A stretch of 54,169 bases of DNA, the filler included, from Sphacelaria rigidula (lineage: Eukaryota), in the NCBI GenBank assembly GCA_964200075.2. It is 4 parts of 4 records of this genome, joined end to end, with 100 filler letters (N's around TTAATTAATTAA, not from the genome) between each part and the next. Parts side by side here need not be neighbours in the genome. Positions count along the whole stretch, not along the records: positions 27,139 to 40,604 come from CAXNAA020002866.1; positions 40,705 to 54,169 come from CAXNAA020002867.1; 2 more parts are not named here. One strand, written 5' to 3'. The position numbers and the translations under genes are program-made. Positions 39,364 to 49,449 of the stretch are shown in pieces; the stretch's first letter is position 1; each line of letters opens with the position of its first letter. The notes beneath the pieces are model-generated. The model ran no database searches and was not told where the DNA came from. It saw nothing but the letters and a program-made list of their open reading frames with translations.

Positions 39364-39990
39364 GTGAGTTGACTGCGTCTTCGAATACATGCTCCATGTT
39401 GATTTTTCCTTGAATTTGTGCCCGTGCGGGGTGGAAAACAATACTGTAATGGCGGTTCCGGTTGGGCATACCCGATATTATTATGGTACTGTGTATCTTG
39501 AAAATGGAGATGCGACCCCTGCACTCAGCAGCCAGCACAGTACATTGCTGCTGTTCCCCTCTCTGAAGCCCAACACAAGTCATTTTGACCGAATTAGGCA
39601 AGTATATGTCCGACTTCCCGACATACTAAAATATCGGGTATATCCTACCCGACACATTCTTACAATGCGGTACATATGCTTTGAGTGCACGGCTAGAGAG
39701 GATGTCAACCCTGTATTGCGGTCAATTTGAGTCCGCAGATACACCTTGCACTTACCCTCCGGGTTGATTGCCAAGTACTCAATGCAGTGGAGATCCCCGT
39801 ACTACCCGCGATCAATGCTCGATATCCAATACTCCGCTCGGTGGGCACGGATGCCCATAAGTTCCACATGCGTAACCCTGCATATGGTTCACAATCATGT
39901 GTACTCTACTATGCAAGTATGGCGCAGAAACGTTGACTGGCGACGTGCTTTGCTGACGGGTAGTGTATCAGGACGATCGCAGCCGTTGCA

Positions 39991-40354
39991 GTGTGTGTTG
40001 TTGTGTTGTCGTCCCATCTATTCTGGACGCCGATCTACATCTTTCGGTATATGTGAGCGAATTAGCCGGGGCCACACAGAAGGAAAGTCAACGCAGGAGT
40101 TTTTTCGTTTTTGTTTGTTTTTAGAACTCCACCCTCCTCCTGCGGTGCTTGTCTCTATTTTCTATCGTGAGAAGGGTGCAGTAATCCCCTTTCCTCGTCA
40201 ACCGTTGAGTCGAATTTTGTGTACCCACGACATTGTCGCTCTCCACTGCTGGGCATGGTGTGAGGGAAAAGCCCAGATCGCTCCGAGATTTGAACCCATG
40301 ACCCAACCATCAGAAGGTTCTGAGGTTTCCAAGTGAGCCACCGGGGCGACCGGC
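39991..40354 (-). mobile_element. tRNA-headed SINE-like element, best-preserved copy
   Basis: Minus strand starts GCCGGTCGCCCCGGTGGCTCACTTGG (A box, 40340-40329), has GGTTCAAATC (B box, 40296-40287) and ends GATGGGACGACAACACAACAACACAC. TTGCAGT occurs near both flanks. Confidence 0.85.
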
Positions 40355-40604
40355 TTGCTTGCAGTACAAGTTCCTTGTAGTCAGCATCAGAAGTCTTCGG
40401 AATTCGTAGCTGTTGTAGTTTTTGAGTTTATCTCGAGTACTATCCTTCACTACTACTTGGAAGTGCTAGCCCCGGTAGATTTAGGGGGAAAGCGTAGGCC
40501 GCACTCAAACGTTGAAATCTTCGGAATTCGTTGTTGTTGTTGTTGTTGTTGTCTTCACATTAAAAGCCGTTCCGATATCTGCGCGGTACATTGGTACTGG
40601 GCAT

Positions 40605-40704
40605 NNNNNNNNNNNNNNNNNNNNNNNNNNNNNNNNNNNNNNNNNNNNTTAATTAATTAANNNNNNNNNNNNNNNNNNNNNNNNNNNNNNNNNNNNNNNN
40701 NNNN
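40605..40704. other. Artificial contig-join spacer
   Basis: 44 N + TTAATTAATTAA + 44 N. Confidence 0.97.
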
Positions 40705-42496
40705 GGCGGGATAACCACGCAGGAGTGTGGAATCCCAGCTCTGTTTCGTGTTCTTTCCTGCTGTACTTTCACTCCCCTCCCCCTCCCCCCCCCCCCCCCT
40801 CCTCATCTCCTTTTCCTCGACACGGGTTCATAGTCAACGAGATCAAGTCGTCTCTCTCCCCTGGGCATTACCTCGCGCTTGATCATCAAACGTTGAATGA
40901 CCACATTCCACAACCCAGTAGACCTAAAGCTTTGGTCGTACATCTATGGTTGGCAACATGACTCCTTGATTTTAGACTTGAGAAAGTTTTGAGGAAACTC
41001 ATGATTTGGAGTAGGTGAGCAGTGGACCCAGCTCGTCCAGAACGTGTGTTTGTCGAAATCTGCGCCTGCGGCGTCGATTTGAGGTCTGCCAACGCACGCT
41101 TTGCCTCGGGGTACGTACCTATGCACCCTCCTTGCCTGGGGGTCCCGTACGCCTTGGGTCGGGGTTAGGCTTAGCGTTAGCATTGTTGTTAGTTTGTTCG
41201 AAAAATATCAACCATAGGTATACGACCAATACTTCAGGTCGCCTCCCACAACCCGTTGGCTTTCATCAAATGCATCGAATTCAATTCTTCCCAGCCTAAT
41301 CGCATTTGCGTCCCCGCGATTTTGAATACCGTGAACCAGAGAAGAAGAAAAAAAACGGCGAGGTTGTCTGCATTGAGGGTTCAACCCGCCACATATGACC
41401 GAACTAGACGTGCTTACGTACCACCATTTGGCCACCGGGGCACGACAGTAATTCCACCTTGACCCTGATGCTGCAGTCCTACACTTTCGTGGGAAAACAT
41501 GAATGTTCTCTGCATACACATACACGGTAGGAGGACCATCCTTGTCGAGGATTCCCGCGCAAAGCGTCAGGTATCACGCATGGACACATTGGGCGTATAG
41601 CTCACATGGATACCGGGATTCGAATGGAACCAAAAAGGTTCTGGAACAGCCTCAAAGTCCTTTCGGTTGATGCTGCTGCACTGACGAGAGCATGGGACGG
41701 GCAGCGTCGCCCGAGAACTCGACAATACAATTTTGAATCATGACGATACATGAAGGTGCGCGATATTATTCCGCACTGCTGGCTTTCTCACGTTAACGTT
41801 AACCGATTCCTTGCGGAACCAGCTGGGGGTCACAACCGAGACGTACCCAAGGCACATAAATAGGAGCACTCGCTAGGGGGAACCTCGAGTGAAAGAGAGG
41901 ACATTACATTCGAGGGTACAAGAAACAAAAGCGAAAGGATGAACAAACGAACACAGAACGACATACACCGTATACGGTAGGGTGCTATTGCACTGTTGCA
42001 TCACATGTGTGGGTAGAAGCCAGTCAGGGGCTACGCTGCGCCTGTAAACATGTTCTGGAACCCCTCATCCAAATATCTTGGCGGGAGAATCATCCATGTC
42101 AGCTATACTCGCAGTAGCGCAGGGTGCTGAGGAACACTGGACTGTTGTTCCAGTGTTGGATATTTACGTCGGATCCATTTTCCGGTTGTTAACCACCTCA
42201 CCCCGGTACTGTGCTGTCCTTACCGCGTGCAGTTACGTAACATGCTGCGCTCAAAGTTGTTGAGCTCGAGAGGCACCTTCGTTACCGTTTCGTACGGAGA
42301 ATTCATTTCAAAGGGCGAAAAAAAACGCCTCCGGTGGAGAAGATGTAAAACTGCAGTTTACTGTATACGCCAGGCATCTATCTCTCTATCTGCAAGGGTT
42401 ATTCCGAACCTCTGCCCCCTCGCTTTTCCCCCCACCCCTGTTAGTGCCTTCATGTCCTGTGCAGCGAGCACTGAGCTACATCATCTACAGACCTCC

Positions 42497-42602
42497 AGCC
42501 CCTCGACCGTCCCGGGTGGGTTATCTGTTGAATCGGCTTAATTTTCCCCCTGAAAATGAGTGTACGACCCAGATGACCCACCCTGGCGTACAACGGGTAA
42601 AA
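42497..42602. mobile_element. Degenerate TTAA-MITE family copy
   Basis: GGGTGGGTTATCTGTTGAATCGGC ... TGAAAATGA ... CAGATGACCCACCC: internal inverted repeat plus the family core in reverse. Confidence 0.55.
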
Positions 42603-44618
42603 TACATATTTTGCGTACTGCGGGTTCACTAGTATGGCTGTGGGCGAAATCCAGCCTGCGGTCTGAACATACCACCCAACTCTTCGTGGAAGTTATTTAC
42701 GGGACGAACGATTACGGGACTCTGGAAACGTCAGGAACGTGCTCTGCACACAATTGTTCGGGAGAAAAAATAAGCTTTCAATGGTGAGCGCCCAAGGCGC
42801 CAACCTCTCGAAGGCGTCCGTCCCCATCTACTTTGTCAAAAACCCACCTCTCCTCCAGATCGTTCAGCTTCTTATTTCGGCGCACTGCTGATTCCTCCTC
42901 GCTGCCATTGTTTACTATCGCCTGCGTCTGCTCCTGTGCCGAAATACCTCCATCCGAATCCGGGAGCAGCGACATGTCACCATTCCTGGAGTGTTTTCAA
43001 CAAATTAGATGTGAACAGCCCTTGTGAGGTCCACCTTCGATCAGCTGCACACAGGCACGACACGACGGTGTGCTTTCCCCCAATGACACCGGTTTCCTGA
43101 TGTAGGGCTCTTCAATGCAGAAAGGCCCTTCGAATACGGTATGTGGCTCATACCTGCCAGCATAGCGCACTATATCTCAGGACTCACATCAGGCCAAAAT
43201 ACGGTGTTTTGGGGATATTTCGATGGCCTCCCCCATCACAAAGCGAATGCAACATTTACAGAGTGAAGACCCTTATCACACCTCTGGGCAGGTAGGTTGC
43301 CTGTACTTTCTCCGCACTTGGCTGGTACGTTGTAGGCGATATTTTATCTTTTTAACGCGAACAAGGTTTGAAGACTTGGAGGCTGGTCATAGGTCATGTT
43401 TTGAGCCATGTCCATCAAATATAGTCATACAGGAATAGAGGTTTCGTCGTTGCTCCCGGGGTGAGAAAAAATGAAACGGAGCAGTCATGATCTCTAACTG
43501 CCGGCATGTGCAGTTTGCGCAGCAGTGTGGTGGTAACCTTACTACCGCCTAGTTTTCGATAGAAAGCACTATTTCCAGCTTTTTTTTCATTACCATGATT
43601 TATCCAGACAAAGGTTGAACACCAAGAATTGGAGATGGAAAAATGTTCGTGCCAAGAAAGGATTCCGAAGGCAAAATCATCTCTAACGAAAAAAAATGGA
43701 AGCACTCAAGGGTTGAAACAGTAGTCGGGGATCCCATCAGTGCGTAGCCCCAGGTTCTGGCTCATTTCTTTCGCTCGGTCAAACCAATTCCGATCGTTAT
43801 GGTCAATAATCGTCCACAATTGTTCTTGATATGTCTTACTACATAACCCTTTTGGCACCCATGCACCAGCAGGTCGCTTTTTTTTCGACAGCAGGGGGTT
43901 CGGAATCGTTTTTTGGCCAAAGAGACAATGTCTTCATGTAAACCTATGAGGTCCGGGCCCGCTAAGCCATTGCCATGCACATAGCCCATGCACATAGCCT
44001 ATGCTCTTTCCTGTAAAGGTTATCACACCACCAGTAAAATTCTGCTCTGCAATCGCGTATGAATCTCCGCCGCTGAAAGCGTCAACGGTAACCCTATAAT
44101 AGCAGGACACGGAAGGCGTGCAGGGCGCACGCAATCCTGTTCGCCAAAAGGTTTGATGAACAACAGTTAGACTACAACAAAACCCCAATTTGGCTCCGTT
44201 TCAGGGTGCTATGATCTTGCTGTTGTTGTCTGGTATAGAGAGAAGACGAGAAATCGTGCTAGCGCCAGAGGATCCGGCTCTGGTCTTCCTCGTCTACGTT
44301 ATCGTCATCCTCCATGGGACTGTCAGGAGCCATAGCAGGCCGCGGGGTGCCATAACGGTTTAAACGCTTTGGCGCCCTCCGTCTAACTGGTTTCTCTTGT
44401 CTTCTTTTCCGTCGGGGGTTCGGAATAACTGTTTTACGTGGAGGCACAACGCCTATATAGATAGGTCACGGCCACGCACAAGCGCGCCTCACGGACAACA
44501 CAGTACGATGCACTCTGTGGTCTTTTTTCGTGAACACGGGAGGGCCACCGGCACTGCAGTCTCATAGCTTCAACAGTACAGTACAGAGGCCGTGACCGTG
44601 CCAACATGTTATACTTCG

Positions 44619-45570
44619 ACCACTTCTCATAGTCAGAAAACGGGATCTCGAATAAATTCCCTGTTTGAGCCATTCATCGCACATTCTTGGCGGAATATCG
44701 GCCTTGGCGGATTGGGCCTCCTCCGAAAGACTTGCTACGCATTCCAAGAGGGTTCTATAATGGCGCATTTTCTCGAGTTTTCGTGCGCTCAGCCTTTATT
44801 TTGGGCCGGATTCGGAGTTTTTTCAGTGGCTCCAAAAATCAAGGTTGTGTTCTGTAGGGTACGGGTATGCTCTTCAGGACACGAGAGTCTTCACAGAACT
44901 TACAGAAATATCGGATACCGGTATGAAAGTCTCACCGAAACTTCAAAGCTATCGGGTACCGGTTTGAAAATGTTACAGAAATTACATAGCTTGTCGGGTA
45001 GGGTATGGGAGGCTTGTAGAAAACCGTACCGGCAATCGGATATTTCTTCAAGGGCATACCCGGGCTCCGGGTACAGGTATACATCATGTACAGAACTCAC
45101 ACAACTATCGGGTACGGGTATGGGAGGCTTACAGAACTCACAGAGACCGTCGGGTAGGGTATGGAGGTTGCAAAGAAAACCGTACGCAGGTATCTTACCA
45201 AGGGCATACCCGTGCCCCAGGTAACGACGGTACGTGAGGCTTACAGAACTGTCGGGTACGGTAAACACCCGGGGAAATATCCCGGGTAAAATCGTGCGCC
45301 AGGCCAAGAGTAAAGCTGGGCCCACAAAAGATTGAGAAAGTGCAGTAGAATGCTCTTGGAAAGCGTAGCAAATCTTTCAGAGGAGGCCCAATCCGCCAAG
45401 GCCCTGTGACGATTTATAGGCAACCGATTAGACTACTGTACAGTTAGCGTACCGTGGTCTGATCGGTTGCCTATAAATCGTCACAGCCCGTATTTCGCCA
45501 AAAATCTGTGATGAAAGGCTCAAATATGGCATTTCTGCGAGAGCCCGTTTTCTCACTGCAAGAAGCGGTG
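44619..45570. mobile_element. Foldback/long-TIR element with internal tandem repeats and a nested hairpin insertion
   Basis: Left arm ~44619-44810 is inverted relative to ~45300-45570 (e.g. GGCCTTGGCGGATTGGGCCTCCTCCGAAAGACTTGCTACGC versus GCGTAGCAAATCTTTCAGAGGAGGCCCAATCCGCCAAGGCC). The centre (~44855-45290) is ACAGAACT..TCGGGTA.GGTATG repeats. Confidence 0.8.
45405..45485. mobile_element. 81-bp palindromic mini-element with TGT..ACA ends and 4-bp TSD (Ginger-like termini)
   Basis: TGTGACGATTTATAGGCAACCGATTAGACTAC ... GTGGTCTGATCGGTTGCCTATAAATCGTCACA. GCCC is duplicated at 45401-45404 and 45486-45489. The element is absent from the matching left arm of the host element. Confidence 0.85.
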
Positions 45571-46590
45571 TTACTGCCTGCATGTGGTCAACACACAACT
45601 GAACTCGGACAGTGTGTTGCTGAAGAGTGGAGTGCAGTTTGTCATTATTCGTGCACAAGCCAGGGTCAGCTGCACTGCCGCCTAACAATTTCACACACTA
45701 CAGAGGGTACAGCAGTAGCGATCGCGCCAACAATTGCAGAATTACATGTATGTGGTCAACACACACAACTGGGTCGTTTGGTCGTTGCTGGATAGCTGAA
45801 GAGCATCGCGCATCTTGTTGGGGGCGTATGTGCCGCAGACGGCGGGTGCGGGTGCAGGCCTAGCACACACACGTTCGCATGGTCTAGTCGAAGTTTAAAC
45901 AGTGATTTTCAAGCTGTTTGAGTACCAGGGCTCATCACGCTTCCTAATTGATCCCGAACTTTGAAAATCGAAAGACATGAGTATCTAACACAACTTTGGA
46001 AGTGAAAAATCTGCCACCGATTCTTGAACGAGTTTCGGGCGCACCGGTCGGTGGAGGTCCTACGAGTGTACAGCCCCCGGTCCTCGCTCTTCGATATTTC
46101 GCGCGACCGGACCGATCCGGATCGCTATGCTGAACAGCTCTTCGCATTTCATTGCGCTATAGTCGAAAATTCGTATCTTTGGGTCATATATGTCCAATAA
46201 CACCCCCCTGAAAAAACGCGGGTTTATGACGTATTGTTCCGACGACACAAATTGGGGAATGCGCCCGCCTCGAGCACGATCTGCTTTTTTCCCAAACGCC
46301 CACCAACTCTCGAACTTCTGAGCGAAGGCGACTAATCGTCCGCGAAAAATCTCGATTCAGTGCATTCTATGTTTAAAATTGTTCTACATTACACGCATGA
46401 GCAACACTCATGGAACCTCAGCAGTGGTGAGCTTGTCCTTCCAAAAAACACCAGTTTTCATCCGTGGCTGTTTGCTGCTGAGCCTGAAGTAGATGCGGCC
46501 TACCAAAACCCCAACCTGTCAACTCGAAAACGCTGCTGGGATGTTATTTGTCTAAAAAAAAGACACGAAATCTGCTTTAGTACCTGAACA

Positions 46591-47307
46591 TCATGCTAGG
46601 TCTTCGTCGTCCACAACATCACCATCATCCACGGGATTGTGCAGTTTCGCAACAGGCTGCGGATGCTGAAACGGTTGATGCGCTACTGGCGAAACACCGT
46701 GTTTGAACCACAGTACGGTTGATAACACCCTCATGAAAAACAGTGTAAAAAGGAACCAATGATAGGACACAGCATGCAGCAACACATCCTGCTTGACCCC
46801 TCTCGACTGACCAGAGTATCGAATCAACGCGTAACGAAGACAGGTGCATCGCCCATATACCACAGATCTACCCTCCCCGCAGATATATATTCCGAGTTTG
46901 CGGTAGAGACAGTACCTGTGTGAGGGTGACGCCCTGTCGCCTCCACCATCCGACACGCAATACCGAGCGGGCCTCCCACCATATTTTCCATTAATAGCGA
47001 TGCCTTGCACCACGCGGGGCACTACTGTTGTCGCCGGAAGCGGCCTGTATCTACTCCTGACGCGGCCGCTATCGCCACTACCGATAAACGCAGCACAAGA
47101 TATCGGCGGCGGTCTGGTAGCAGTTGCGGTTGCGAGCACCAGCACCGCTGGTGGCATCACGACGAGTGACTGCACGCTACGGAGATTGCCCACGGAAGCA
47201 GCCGCTGCTGCGACCGTTGTAGTCAGAGTAGCGTTGTCGGGTATACACGTGGAATAATGTTGTCTTCGCTTACGGCAGCGGTCGCCCTTGGTTGCGGCGT
47301 GATACAC
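46591..47307 (-). pseudogene. Possible gene fragment or pseudogene of unknown function
   Basis: GC-rich, Ala/Thr-rich stretch with a hydrophobic segment followed by CAAF, and a donor-like CAG|GTACTG near 46916. The next candidate exon hits stops in all frames. Confidence 0.25.
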
Positions 47308-48844
47308 GTACGGCTCGGCAGCTCTGGCAACTACGCTGCCTGTATGAACATGTACATGTGAAGATGGGATTATGTCACGTTTTTTACCACCCCCAAAGGA
47401 TTCTTGGTTGAGTCAATACGCTTCGCAGAGCGAAAATACACGCAGATATCGAGGTGCTGGCTCAAGAAACCCTCCGCAGCTAAGCCCATGAAGAGTTTCA
47501 CAGTTTCCCCCACAGGTACAAATCAAACGTGAAAGTCTCGCATACGATGAATAAATTAGAAAATGGCAGGATAACGAGCGAAGATGGAAAATGATTTGTC
47601 TCGTACGCGTTGCTTTTCGGAAGCTAGCCCTGTTGTCCATAGCGGCAGGCGGACTCTCCTCCTTTTGTGTGACACCGATTGCGCGTGTGTTGCTTCCAGC
47701 TGATGCAGATGCTCTGGGATATCCAGGGGCTGGCATATTGTATCGATATTGAAAGTGGTACATAGTAGAGCAGCCCTGTGTGCTTGTACATGCTGGGTCA
47801 CCGTGCTCGATAACCTCGATGCACGGTAAGTGAAAGATCTTCTACACACAGATCCTCAGCTGTGTACGAGACCCAAAGGACATGAAATATGGTGATGATC
47901 CTACCCCGCGATCTAGCCCGCGACTACAGGGGTGTTGGCAGCATTGGCCGTGGATCCTTGCTTGAAGAATGGGACTCCAGAGTCGATCGACTGTGTAGCT
48001 TGAGTCCGTGTGGTGACGGTGGGATCGCCATATCCGACACCCGCTTGCATCAAGTGCAGGTATCCTCGGTATAATGTGCTGGTTGTAGTACCAGCTGGTG
48101 GTACTACAGAGGATACGTCAACGATCTTTCTGTCATCGACAAGGAATTGCGGTTGCGTGTTGAGTGACTTGTTTTTGTGATGCGCGAATAGGATACTGAT
48201 ATGCAAGGTAGGGATAAAGCGGACGCTACGCCGGATGTAGATGTCAAATACCGCCCCCACCACCCTGACAGGTGCTGATCACGCAGCCAAGAGGGTGTGG
48301 CCCATTGTCCCACTTTCCTGGCCTAATGTACCTTTACGATAGAGTTTCGGAACTGGTTCAAATAAACGGGCAACTGGTTGTGACACGTTTCCACCAGCTG
48401 TAGTTGAAAGTTGCAAGTGGATACTCACCATCACTTAAAAGTGGATGACTGGCGATGCAGCCGTCAGCAGCGGCGACGCTGCCCCCGCGAGTTCAGCCAG
48501 TGTTACTTGGCGATGCAACCCGGCGGGGTCTTGGCGTTGACACCTCCTTCCTCAGCTGTTGAGCGAGTACACCACAGACAAAAAAAAGCGCCACTCGTCT
48601 TCACCCTCCATTGCAAACCCTGTTTGGTTATAGGCTGTATGCAATAACACTTCGAGTGCACAGCGTGTGCAAGAAAGGGGAAATGTATGAGGAAAATGAG
48701 TATTTGTTTCATTCAAGAAAGAGGGGGGGGGTGTACCCTGACGCTCCACGTGTGTTCTTGTCGACGTCTAAAATCACTCCAGACACTAGCGCGAGAGCGC
48801 AGCATGGTCTATAATAGTGACACTGGTTCACACCTTGGACAATA

Positions 48845-49449
48845 CTTCCTCTGTCACATAAGTTAGGACCGAATTTCGGCGCAGGTCGTGTCTTTTCAAC
48901 GGAGGCGCCTACGATGCTATAACTAGTTTCATCGGAAATATATTTTTTACAGCAAACTGATGCAAAAAAAAAATGATTTGCGATGTTATTACATCATTGA
49001 GTATGGGCCAAAAAGTCCCCAAAATGGCCAATTTCGGCTACATTTCGAGATGACGACTTTAGTGTAGAGCACACCGGGGTATCCGCGCGGCGGAGGGCGG
49101 GAACTTTGGAAAGGACAGTCAAGTACGACAAGGAGGCCTTCACAAAGGCTTGGGACTATCTGGCATCAAGCATGAGTGATGGAGAGGATGATTAACGATT
49201 TTTTTTTCCCCATGTTTTTTCCTTTTTCGGCACTTTGTTGTTCGTGGAAAAGGGGTAAAAAACGGCTTTTTTTGGGCCGACTTCTTTTTTTCTGGCCGCT
49301 ACTCCACCTGGAGTGATGTAATTAAAAAAAAAAACATTGTTACTTGCTCAAAAAACGCCAAGGAATTCAATAAAAGAAACGAAAACAGCATCGGAGACCG
49401 TTAAGGACGTCTGTGAAAAATTCGATCCTAACTTATGTGACAAAGGAAG
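48845..49449. mobile_element. Tc1/mariner-type (Stowaway-like) MITE, 605 bp, TA TSD
   Basis: TA|CTTCCTCTGTCACATAAGTTAGGACCGAATTT ... AAATTCGATCCTAACTTATGTGACAAAGGAAG|TA: 30/32 inverted match. Confidence 0.9.

Noticed and set aside
40283..40354. tRNA gene
   Set aside because: No complete acceptor stem; it is continuous with a dispersed repeat body, so it is a SINE head.
44592..45224. 210-aa ORF
   Set aside because: It lies entirely within the foldback element and its tandem repeats.
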